Shown: positions 1 to 11,391 of the stretch, in pieces | How positions within the stretch are numbered: position 1 is the stretch's first letter | Layout: each line of letters starts with the position of its first letter | Assembly (NCBI GenBank): GCA_000697335.1 | Contig: JNEM01006591.1 | Location: forward strand, 44,750 to 64,749 | Direction: 5' to 3' | DNA length: 20,000 nt | Source of the DNA: Conidiobolus incongruus B7586 | Lineage: Eukaryota | The notes under the pieces: model-generated | The model's database searches: none | What the model was told of the DNA's origin: nothing | Seen by the model: the letters and a program-made list of their open reading frames with translations, nothing else | Position numbers and translations under genes: made by a program

Positions 1-79
1 TAAAAAATTTTTTCAAATTGTGTGGAATTAATAATATAATTAAAATTAATTATAATCCAAATAAAAAACATTCACAAGA

Positions 80-1342
80 TTACAAACGGGCTTTCAATTT
101 GTTCAACTTTTGGAAGTAAATATCATCTATAAAACCGTCGTAACCAAATTCCTTAGTGCCAGGGATGCAGGCGTACTGACTAAAATCAGTTTGGCCATTT
201 TCTCTAAGTATAATTTCGTCGATACAGAAATTGCCACTATTAAGTTGTTAGTAAATATACACATTAAATCTATTTTTAGTTTATAAAATATTACGTGAAC
301 TCGGTACTTTTCTTAGTTAAAATAGCATGGGCGGCATCTGCCATAATTTCAGGTTTTCTATTAATGTAATTATAGTATTACATTCATACTGACTAATATA
401 TATATTATATTAATAATTACCTGCATAATTTTTGTTGATTGACTCCTCCACCTAAAAAAATCATTAATTATCAAGAATTCATTTATAATGTAATAGGGAT
501 TAATAATACTTACCAATTGCTTGTAACGCTGCAGTATAAATCAATGTCAATGGCCACAAAGCATTAACCGCGATGCCGTCATTTTTGAGTTCTTCACTCA
601 TACCGAGTACATTCATGGACATACCCATTCTAGTTATAATATTAGCTATATAACTCACAATTTAATCATACATCATTCACTTTGAAATAGTATATGCAAC
701 GTGATCTTTATACCATTTTGGATCATGACTGAGAGGAGGACTCATAGTCAAAATATGAGGATTTGAAGATTTTTTAAGGTGAGGGATAGCATATTTGGAA
801 ACGAGCCAAGTACCTCTGGTGTTAATGGACTGCATTAAATCGTACTTTTTCACGGAGGTATCGAGTGTACCAGTAATATTGATAGCGCTAGCTATGATTC
901 GAATCGGGGTTAGTTTTTCATTATTTACCAAATTTGATTTATTTACCATTGTTAATAACAATATCAATACCACCGAAAGTCTCAACAGTTTTTTGAATAG
1001 CAGCCTTAACTTGAGCTTCGTCCCTAATATCACAAATAATTGGGAGTGCTTTACCTCCAGCTTGTTCAATTTCCCTAGCAGCTGTGTAAATAGTACCAGG
1101 TAACTGAATTCAAAATTAATAATTTGATAATTTAATATTTCAATAAAAATTACTTTGGAATGAGGTTCTGCAGTCTTTGCAGCAACAGCAACATTAGCAC
1201 CATCTTTAGCAGCTCTCAAAGCGATAGCGAGGCCGATGCCTCTAAATAATGAATATTAAATATCAATTAATATAAGTTTATTCATTGAAAAATTTTACCT
1301 AGAAGCTCCTGATACGAATAAGGTTTTACCCTTTAATGACAT
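80..1342 (-). CDS. HSDL2: HSDL2-like short-chain dehydrogenase/reductase, copy A (288 aa, no SCP2 domain, C-terminal PTS1 -ARL)
   Basis: Manually spliced exons 1342-1299, 1241-1154, 1103-947, 891-681, 629-514, 451-421, 357-295, 236-80 total 867 nt, with all introns GT..AG and an open frame. The protein has SGASRGIG (Rossmann motif), AAKTAEPHSKLPGTIYTAA, NNASAI, catalytic YTISK, VNALWP, PEIMADAA and FTGNFCIDE, all typical of the HSDL2 family. It ends KLKARL*. Confidence 0.92.
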
Positions 1343-3169
1343 ATTAATAATTAAAATAATAGAAAAATTTAAAATTTTAATATTTCGAAATTGATTAATA
1401 AAAAAAGTATAATGTTATATTCATGCTTCTTCATTAATTCACTAGTTAACCAATCCCTTGGAAAAAATATCCACTTTAGTATCATATGAAATTCGAAGTG
1501 TAATTTATATTACTCATTGATCATTAAAAATTTTAATACTGGGATTTTGTATTGAAATTACAATATTAATGAATAATCAACTATTAGGTGTTGTTTTGAG
1601 TCTTTATTTTAGTCCTCAGGGTAATAATGATAATAATAGCTTAGGAGATATTTAATTGTTATTAAAATATCATTATACAATGAAATAACTTAACCTAACC
1701 ATGTTTCTGAATCACACATATTAAATTTTGAAAATCAATATTTTAGATATGTCGGTACTTAAAGTTAATCAACATGTGATTTACCAAACTAGCCAAATCT
1801 CATGACTAGTACTTCACCCGATAATTTTACCATGTAAATTACAATCAAAAACAGTTGAATTATTATAATTACTTTTAATGAAATTTTAAAAAAGTATTAT
1901 TTAATCTTTACAATTATAGGAATTTAATAAGTTTTTAGATTTTTTTTGGAATTAGTTTTATAATTATTTTTTAAATCAATTTAATTTATTAATAAAAAAA
2001 ATTTTTTTATTAAATTTATTTTTTTTTCAAGTAAGAATTCAATTATAAAAAATTTATTAAAAATTTATGACTTGGGAATTATTTCAAATAATAATTGATA
2101 GTAGCTAGTAATTTACTATTATAATAATAGATACTTGAATCAAAATTATTGTTCATATGATTATTATGACAAATTATTTGAAATAATATTTTGGACAATT
2201 ATTTATAGATATATTTCTGTATAACAGTATTAACTAATGCTTCAAAAAATAAACGAATGAAATGATATTATCAACTTAAATTATTAATTAGTTATCATCG
2301 AATTTTGATTATTGATAATATAAAAATTATTCAAATAATAATATATTCAAGGTGTTTAATTAAAATTAGTAGATTTAGCATATAAATAACCCAGTTAATT
2401 GATATATATTATAATTAATAGTTTAAGATTTATTTGATATTATTGAATTAAACTCCAAATTTCAATAGCAATTTTACTTTAAATGAATATTTAAAATGTT
2501 AAAATATTATATAAATAATCATAATCAATTAGTGGTAATGATTAGAAAAACACTTATTTTTAAAATAAATTGAATAGCAATATAGTTCAATTACAAATTA
2601 AATTATCAATTTTTTCAATTAAATATTTGAAATTACATAACTATATCCCTAATTACAAATTTATTAATCAATATATTTAAATATTTTTAATTTTTATATA
2701 GCATTGTAAACAACTTGAATTATTTGTTTTAAAATATTTTAGATAGTAAAATAAAAGAATGAATTTGAATGTAAAATTAAACATTGAAAGAATCTCGTAA
2801 TTAAATTTATTAGTATTTTATCGCAGATTTAACACTTATAATGTTAATATTGAATATGATTTGGATATATCAGTGATTAGATCTACAAATAATCTGATTT
2901 TGGTTTTAATGGTTAAAAAATATTATCATTATATTTGACCAAGCTTGTCTCTGAGAGAGTAAAGTTATCAATGTTCAATTATCACTATAAATTGAGTGAA
3001 TTTAATAATAATTTTATAATTTCAAAAATTTAATTTTATACTACAATCAATTTCATAACTATTTAAAATTAATTGTTAAATTCATATATACAAAATTACA
3101 CCGCATTTCAGAGGAATTGAAAAAGTATTCTGAAGGCAGTCCATTATAATCCTACACTCTTAGTATAAC

Positions 3170-3190
3170 AATAATAATAATAATAATAAT
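3170..3190. repeat. (AAT)7 microsatellite
   Basis: Read directly from the sequence. Confidence 0.85.
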
Positions 3191-3305
3191 TTGATAAAGC
3201 ATTCTAATAACAAAACTATTAAATCCATTTATTTAATGCCATATATCTATCTCTCCACCCAATTTTATCTTAATTTTTCCAAATTTTCGGGTATGTTTTA
3301 AAAAT

Positions 3306-3334
3306 TCACGTGACAAATTTCCAATTTGACGTCA
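3306..3334. promoter_or_regulatory. Compact motif cluster upstream of SDR copy B: palindromic E-box TCACGTGA (3306-3313), CCAAT (3321-3325), palindromic CRE TGACGTCA (3327-3334)
   Basis: Two perfect CG-containing 8-bp palindromes and a CCAAT lie within 29 bp, about 155-185 bp upstream of the ATG, in otherwise CG-poor DNA. Confidence 0.6.
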
Positions 3335-3489
3335 CTGATATAATTCACATATTTAAATTAAAGATCTTCAATTTTGTATTAAACATTTAAAAATAAAATA
3401 AAATAATTCAATTGAAGTATTTAATACTTTTTTTAATCACAAAATAAATAATCTAATTCTTATATTTTTAATAATTGTCCAAAAAAATA

Positions 3490-4709
3490 ATGGTATTGAA
3501 AGGGAAAACTATATTCGTATCGGGAGGTTCCAGGTAACTCACAAATTCTATTCAACTGATAGATATTAAATAATTAGTTAGAGGTATTGGATTAGCTATC
3601 GCCCTAAGAGCTGCTAGGGACGGTGCAAATATTGCAGTAGCTGCTAAGACTGCTGAACCTCACCCTAAGGTACATTTATCATTTCACATAATTTCCAATT
3701 CTAATTCGATTCAAGTTACCTGGTACAATCTATACAGCTGCCGAAGAAATTGAAAAAGCTGGAGGCAAAGCACTCCCAATTATTTGTGATATTAGGGATG
3801 AAGCTCAAGTGAATGAAGCAATTCAAAAAACTGTTGAAAAATTTAAGGGGATTGATATATTGATTAATAATGGTAAATATTTTTTAAACTTTTGTAGAAC
3901 GATTAATAATTGTGGGGGTCAGCTAGTGCGATTAGTTTGACGAATACAATTGATACGCCCTTGAAAAGGTATGATTTAATGCAGTCTATTAACACCAGAG
4001 GAACTTGGCTAGTGTCCAAATATGCTATTCCCCACCTTAAAAAAGCTGACAATCCTCATATTTTGACTATGAGTCCACCCCTAAGTTTTGATCCCAAATG
4101 GTATAGGGATCATGTAGCATACACTATTTCAAAGTATATTTTTTTATTTTAAATTTTGAATTTATTGACTAATAACTAAATTAGAATGGGTATGTCCATG
4201 AATGTACTAGGTATGAGCGAAGAATTTCGAAAGGATCGTATTGCTGTCAACGCTCTGTGGCCTTTAACTTTGATTTATACTGCAGCGTTGCAAGCAATTG
4301 GTAATGATTGAATTATATTATAGTTTTGTATATAAGATTTTAATAATTGAATTATTATTATAGGCGATGATGTCAATCAACAACAGTTGTGCAGGTAAGC
4401 AATTCCCAATTTCAGTCATATTTATCAACTTAATTCGAAATTTAGAAAACCAGAAATTATGGCAGATGCCGCATACGAAATCCTAACAAAGAAGAGTACC
4501 GAATTCACGTAATTTTAATCAACTATACTCTTATTATTTACTAAATATTTCATAGTGGTAATTTCTGTATTGACGAAATTTTATTGAGAGAGAATGGCCA
4601 TAAAGATATTGACAAATATGCATGCGTACCAGGAAGTAAAGAATTTAAGTATGATTTCTTTATTGATGATCATTGGTTTGATAAATTGAACCAATTGAAA
4701 GCTAAATAA
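3490..4709 (+). CDS. HSDL2: HSDL2-like short-chain dehydrogenase/reductase, copy B (287 aa, ends -QLKAK, no PTS1)
   Basis: Exons 3490-3533, 3582-3669, 3716-3872, 3923-4133, 4185-4300, 4364-4394, 4446-4508, 4556-4709 total 864 nt. The 7 intron positions and phases are the same as in copy A. Motifs: SGGSRGIG, EPHPKLPGTIYTAAEEIE, NNASAISLTNT, YTISK, DFFIDD. Confidence 0.92.
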
Positions 4710-5252
4710 TTTTTGATTGTTGAAATTGAATAAAAGTATGTTAAATTATTATAAAACTTGAATTAAATTTATAAATGTTAAAATAAAAAATAACTAACCA
4801 TTACATGATTATTATTAGTGTATTTTTTGAATTATTAAAAATTGATTCATTTTTAAGTACCATTAATTGAACTATTTAATCGAAAAATACTTAAAAAAGT
4901 TAAAGTAATTCTACTTAATATTGTATCATTTATTAGAAAACTCTTTAATTGGATAACATCATCTTGATTGAATATCCTTTTTTTCACTTAATAATTTTAA
5001 TTGTTTGTAATTAAAAAATATAACAATTAATATTTATAATTATTAATTTTTTTATATTATATACTTAATCAATTAAGTTTAAAATTGATTTTATTATTTG
5101 TAAACTATAATTAACTTTTAATAAATTTCATCATTCTTTGGTAACATTATGAAATTACCAAAAAACAAAGCAAACAAAAATTTTAAATTTAATTCTTCAT
5201 CTCTATAATTGTTTTTAATAATAAATCAAATATTTTTTGAAGTTGTTATCAA

Positions 5253-5272
5253 ATATATATATATATATATAT
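5253..5272. repeat. (AT)10 microsatellite
   Basis: Read directly from the sequence. Confidence 0.85.
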
Positions 5273-5424
5273 TCATTCTTTTTCAATAATAAATTATTTT
5301 CTTATATCATAAATTGTAATTTAATTAATTGACCAATAATTATAATCAAACACATTAATTTTATCCCATAAATTTTAAATGTGACTTGAATTTTTATTTT
5401 AAAATATTAAATAAAATATAAAAA

Positions 5425-5455
<31 letters not shown>

Positions 5456-5502
5456 TTCAAAATTGAATAATATTTAAAAATTCTAACAATAATAATAATA
5501 AT
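5425..5502. repeat. (ATT)9 at 5425-5451 and (AAT)5 at 5488-5502 microsatellites
   Basis: Read directly from the sequence; the two tracts are reverse complements of each other. Confidence 0.8.
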
Positions 5503-5602
5503 AAGTTTAATTAAATTAATATTATTAAAAAATTAAAAGGTATTATTAAAATAAAATTTTTCTTATCCTATTATTCATAATTTTATTCAGTTTGGATTAC
5601 TG

Positions 5603-8600
5603 ATGATAATAGCAACTTTATCTCAACTAATCATCATAAACCCCGTCAGAGGGTTAGAACCTGTACCAGTACAAGTCCGTTCGGTTCAGAATGACCAAAT
5701 TCAAAATTCCACCCTATTTTGGGGTACTTATCGTCCCAACTTATTCTTTGGGACTCGCACCAGGTCCAAAGATACACTCATGACTGGTCTAATGTGGCAG
5801 AGTTTAAACAGTTTGGAATTGAGCGATAGTAAGTTTATTCCATTGATAATGAATATGTTCTCATAGAGGATTAGAATTGAGACACAACTGTGAAGAGTGG
5901 GAAAATTTCAAGAAGAATGGATACCTCGTTCATGATGCTAGGAATTTTGGTGAGCAGGTTATTGAGGATGTGGAGACGAATTATAGGATTAGAACTCAGT
6001 TTGTTAAGAGTGGATTTGGCAAGCATGGTAAGTTTCATTTTATTGATTGATTTGATTAATTGCTAACTATGTTTAGGTGGCGATTGGGGTGTCAAAATCT
6101 CTGGGGAAGTCATTGATCCAAAAGGTGAGCTTATCATCTATTGTTTAGACTATTACTAATCACTGAGAGTTAGAGGATGCTCAATTATCACTATACTATT
6201 ACTTTGGCATGCTTGGAAATGGTGAAATTTACCATTTACCAACTACCAATGGAGATGATCAAGATGCTGAGGAGGAGGATGAGGAAGAGGAGAAAGTTGA
6301 AAAATCCAAAGATGATAATGTGAGTATTAATTATATACTAATACCTCAGATTATATATTCAACTATTGACTTCATTTGCTTAGACTGAAGCTGATGATGA
6401 TAGTATCCAATTTGAGGGACAATCCCATGAACTTGGCAAATTTAAAATCTTAGTTAAAGGAGGTAAATATTAACGAAGACCATATATATTCATATTTAAT
6501 AACAATTTACAAAGGTCACACTTATGACCAACTCAATCACGACAATTTACCTCCCAAAATTTCACCATCAGAAATTTCTACCTCAAACATATTGGGACTT
6601 AAAGTTCCAGAAAATTATATTTGGAGAGTTAAAGGTAAAAACTTAAAAAATAATTCACGATCATTTAACTAATTTGTAGACTTCGTCATGAATCACATCG
6701 TAGAAAATGCCCAAGAAAAGTTCCGGCCTTTGGTTCCTTTGATGCAGACGGGTGCTTTAAATTTTCCCAATATGAATTATCTCTTCCAAATGGAGAATGT
6801 GAAAATGCCAGGCGCTAACCTTTTCGTCGTGCAAAAGATCTTGAAAGGAAATTTTGAGGTAAATTTTCAGCACTTTGTTACTGACTGCGTGCTGATGTGG
6901 GAGAATTAGATTGATGTAATTTTTAACGAAGATACCAATCAGCATAAGAGTTTAGATGGTAAATTTCCCCAATCGAATTAACTTCAAACGACTAAATTTT
7001 ATAGAACACGAAATGAATAAATTAATTCCTATTTTGAAGAAAAAATTCGATCAGAAATTTGATAAGAAATTCAATTTGGAGTCCAAGAAATTGTCCAAGA
7101 ATGAAATTAGGTTGGGTAAATTCGCTTTGAGTAATATGCTGGGAGGGGTTGGGTAAGTTGAGTTTATTATTCTGCTATTGGCATATATTGATTCACTATT
7201 GTAGCTATTTTGAAGGCGATAGTATGGTAGTGAAGGGAGCCAACCTGAAATCCAATGACTCAGACGACGAATTGGAATGGGACGACGACGAAGTTGAAGA
7301 ACCCATGAAGTCTAAAGACAATACCGACAACGATTTTGATTTTACTGATGCCTACTCCTTGTTTACTGCTGTTCCATCCAGGACCTTCTTCCCCCGTGGG
7401 TTCCTTTGGGACGAAGGCTTCCACCAACTACTCGTATCGGAATGGGATTTGGAGCTCAGTATTAGTATCGTTAACAGTTGGTTTAACTCGATGACTGACA
7501 GTGGTTGGATCCCTCGCGAACAAATTTTGGGTGACGAAGCTAGATCTAGAGTATTTATTATATTTATTCTTATTATATCTAAGAAATTAACCTTTTGAAT
7601 TAGGTTCCTAGAGAATTCCAAGTTCAAAACCCGGAATTTGCAAATCCACCCACCCTCTATCTCTTTATTGAAAAGTTGGCTAAAAAACTCAAAGTTCTTA
7701 AGCATAAACCAGTTGAACATGTAACCGTTGACGAATTTGACCACGATTTGGATCCCCACAAAACTCGCAAGAAGCATGTTCACACTTCAGGCCATCACCA
7801 CGACTCTTTGGACGATTCTGAATTAACTGAGAGTCATTTGGAAGATTACGAAATGGGATTACACTGGCTCAAACAGCTTTACGAAAATAAACTCAAGAAG
7901 AACTACAATTGGTACAGAACAACCCAAAGAGGTATTGTGCCCAAAGAATTCCCTAAGGCCAATGCGGAAGTTTACAGGTGGCGAGGACGTCAAAAGAATC
8001 ATACATTACCCTCCGGCTTTGACGATTTCCCAAGACCTGAAGTCCATGACCAGGAACTCCACTCCGATTTGACAGCTTGGATAGGTTTCATGGCTGGAGT
8101 TATGGAACAAATCGCAGAAATTGTCGAAGATTCTGAAGGTCGTGAAATGTACCAGAAGCACCGCACCGATATTCTGTCTAATCTTGAACATGTATTTTTT
8201 GACAGTGATCACGGAATTCACTGCGATATTGGCGTCAACGATATTCCAACTCCCGATGATGACGAAGAAGAGGAGGAAGACTACAATACTTCCTCCTTGC
8301 CAGTCCAACGCGAATGTCATATTGGATACCCTACAATCTTACCATTCGCACTCCAACTCCTTGACGTCAAATCCCCAGAATTCGCCAAAACCCTCTCCGT
8401 CATCACCTCCCCTGACCATTTGTGGTCCCCTCACGGCATTCGAAGTCTTTCCAAATCTTCGGCCTATTACCATACCGGAGAGGACTATTGGCGCGGTAAC
8501 ATTTGGTTCAATATCAATTACCTCGTCATTCGCGCTCTCCATCACTACAAATCCCAACCTTCCGATCACTCCGAAGAACTTGAAAGAGTCTACAAAGAAC

Positions 8601-8758
8601 TTCGCACCAATTTGATAAAGACACTCGGGGATAGTTTCAAGAGTACGAATTTGGTATGGGAGCAGTACTCCGATGAGAGTGGTAAGGGATTGAGGTCCAA
8701 ACCTTTTACGGGATGGTCTAGTCTGGTGTTGATGGTAATGAGTGAGAAGTATGATTAG
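5603..8758 (+). CDS. CWH41: Mannosyl-oligosaccharide glucosidase / ER alpha-glucosidase I (GH63), about 882 aa, 11 exons
   Basis: Exons 5603-5828, 5875-6027, 6077-6124, 6174-6319, 6384-6462, 6515-6634, 6680-6858, 6910-6958, 7005-7152, 7205-7550, 7604-8758 total 2649 nt in frame. GH63 motifs: [89 protein letters not shown] (catalytic Asp), [16 protein letters not shown] (catalytic Glu), PFTGWSSL. The start codon is less certain than the rest. Confidence 0.93.
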
Positions 8759-10403
8759 TTCAGTGGAATTAATAAAAATTAATCTTAATTATTATATTTA
8801 ATTTATTTTTATTTTTATAAAGTTATAAATATTTTTTATAATATTTCAATCAATTTCAAATAAATTTACCCAAGTAAAATTTATTTTTCCAATCAAAACT
8901 ATATATTTATTAGATTAAGTATACTTTTTGAATTTTTGTGATTAATTCGAATATGTCTTTTAATTAAAAAAACAATATTTTATAAATATTTAGTTAAATA
9001 AGATTATCAATTCCAAAATAATATTTTATCATTAATAATTTTCAATATTCAAAGATTTTAATTTATTTAAAATTAACAATTACCAAATAAAAAATTATCA
9101 TTTTATTATACATATACAATTATAAAAAAATATATATGCACTACATATAATTTAATACTAAAATAGTAAAATGAGTTCAAAAATCTGGATCCTTATATTT
9201 GAGTAATTTTAAATATTTAAAACAATTCAATTGATAAATTGTCAAAAAAATATGGATATCATTTCAAAGGAAAAAACTATTTATAAGAATCGGTAGTTAT
9301 CTAAAGTAACTTTTAGATTACTTTTAAATAATCTAATTATGAATATACTCTCAAGTTGTAATAGTTGAAATGATTGAATATTATTTCAAAATTTGGTATT
9401 TGAAATTTATCAACATTTCCGAAATTTCCCGGAGTAAATATAAATCCTCCTAAATTTCTGATGTTTTAAATATGATATTAAATTTCAATTTTAAATATAA
9501 TAATGTATATATAATAGTATAATTACCTTCAAGGACTTTATGAGATGGAAGAAATTAATTACAAAATGTATTACAAATATTCATTGAAGACTGGAGGAGT
9601 AAAATTGTTTTATTATCAAAACATTCAATTTTTTATGAATTGAATATTTTTTTTACTAAATAAAAACGACATATATATATTAAATTTAATTGATTTTATA
9701 AAACTATCTATGCTGAAATAAATAATAATTCAATAATAATAGTAATAGTAATAATAATAATAATATCTAATTATTGTTCTGTTCAATTTTTTTAAAATAT
9801 GATAAATGCAATATAATTATGTGCGATAAGTTTCTAAATTTAAAAATTGGAGAGTTTTGAATAAAAAGAATAAGCATTAAACTCATATATCATTGATAAT
9901 AATTAGTATTAATAAAACTGTGAGTTAAGGAAGTTAAGGGTAGATAACATTAAAGAGAGATGAAATCAAAAAACAATGCAATAGTTTGTAAATATTGTGG
10001 AATTGATGAATGCTAATAAATTAATATGTAAATGTGATAGCGCTAGATAAAATAATTTAGGAAGTATGAGGTAATTAAAAAATCAAATGTAAATTCAAGG
10101 TCGAGAGACCTTGTATAAGTACTGGTACAATTCAAATTTTAAATCGAGAACATATAATAAAAAGATGAGGTTAGATCTATAAGTTTTCAAGATCCAAAAT
10201 CTTGATTAAATAAAGCTGAGCATATTAAAAAAGGTACCTAAAAATAAAAATTCTATTAAATAAGTAAAGAGTATTGGAGAGTTATTTAAATAATAACTAG
10301 TTAAGATTTATAATTGTTAAAAGAATTGATTGATCTTATGATTTTTGAACTCGATAATTGAGAACTGGATAGTTTAAGGTGATTTTATAATTGTTGACTG
10401 AAT

Positions 10404-11288
10404 TTAACCAATGATGAGTTTACCATCTTCGGTAAAGTTGTATTCAGGAACTTCCAAGTTGAGAGGAGCAGGACCTTGTCTGATTCTACCGGAGATATCG
10501 TAGTGAGAACCGTGACAAGGGCAGTACCAACCTCCGAAATCACCAGCTTCACCAATGGGGACACAACCTAAATGAGTACAAATACCTAACATAACTATCC
10601 ATTCAGGGCGCTTAGTACGTTCGGCATCGGTTTGGGGATCGCGAAGGGTGCTGACATCAACACTGTTGGCTTCTTCAATCTCATCGGCGGTACGGTGACG
10701 GATGAAGACGGGCTTACCTCTCCACTTGATGACAAGGTTCTTACCCTCGGGAATAGCGTTGAGATCGATTTCAACTTTAGCCAAAGCTAAAACATCAGCG
10801 GAGGGAGCCATGTTGGTCAAGAAATCTTGAACGGTAGCCTTAGCGGCAGCGGCACTGAGAACACCAGTGGTACCGACCATAAAATAGGTGAAAGAACGGC
10901 TGGGGTCTTCGCCAGAATTTCTTTTGTAAGCTGAAAAATCGGGAATATCAGTGGTGTTCAATAAAGCGGTGTTATTGGTAGAGAAGGTGCGTTGTTGGAG
11001 GAAAATGGAAGAGGAGGCTAAAAAATAATGAGGTTAATAAGCTTGATTTGTATTAATTAAATATAAATTGAATATTGATTCGGATTGAGTACCATGGAAA
11101 TTGGTGTTGTTAATAACCCCATTGGATGATGAGGTAGCAGAAGTAGCCCAAGCATTAGGGATACGGGTTTTACCTTGAGTTTTGGGGGCAACTCTTGTGG
11201 TTGTGGCGAGCCATTGCTCAGCAGTTCTGGGAGCAGTGAATCTGGTGGTGTTTACTAAGCTGGAGGCAATCTTTGATCCTAACGACAT
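10404..11288 (-). CDS. RIP1: Ubiquinol-cytochrome c reductase Rieske iron-sulfur subunit precursor (269 aa, 2 exons)
   Basis: Exons 11288-11093 and 11017-10404 are joined by a 75-nt GT..AG intron (810 nt total). Contains the Rieske boxes CTHLGC and CPCHGS, plus PDFSAY, KWRGKP and GPAPLNL. The N-terminal presequence is R/K/S/T-rich and almost free of acidic residues. Confidence 0.97.
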
Positions 11289-11391
11289 GCTGATTTTTTG
11301 TCTTATTTAATTATATAATAATAAATCGACAAGTGATAAAACTGTGAATCTTAAAAATTTAATAGAACAACTCTTGGGGATTTCTGATTTT

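Noticed and set aside
677..1219. ORF-track 180-aa ORF and antisense ORF 795-1103
   Set aside because: These are a read-through of SDR copy A exons and introns in mixed frames, and its antisense shadow.
4707..4733. Stop-codon readthrough producing a cryptic PTS1 in SDR copy B
   Set aside because: The stop context TAA-TTT is not a readthrough motif, and the extension ends -EIE, which is not a PTS1.
5540..5602. Possible upstream coding exon extending the glucosidase signal peptide (intron-like 5540-5590, in-frame FGLL)
   Set aside because: The spliced frame has TAA immediately upstream and no ATG, so at most this is a 5'-UTR intron.
6757..8615. Overlapping ORFs 6757-6945, 7352-7783, 8006-8320, 8121-8615, 8339-8569
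   Set aside because: These are alternate-frame or antisense shadows of the GH63 exons with no recognisable motifs.
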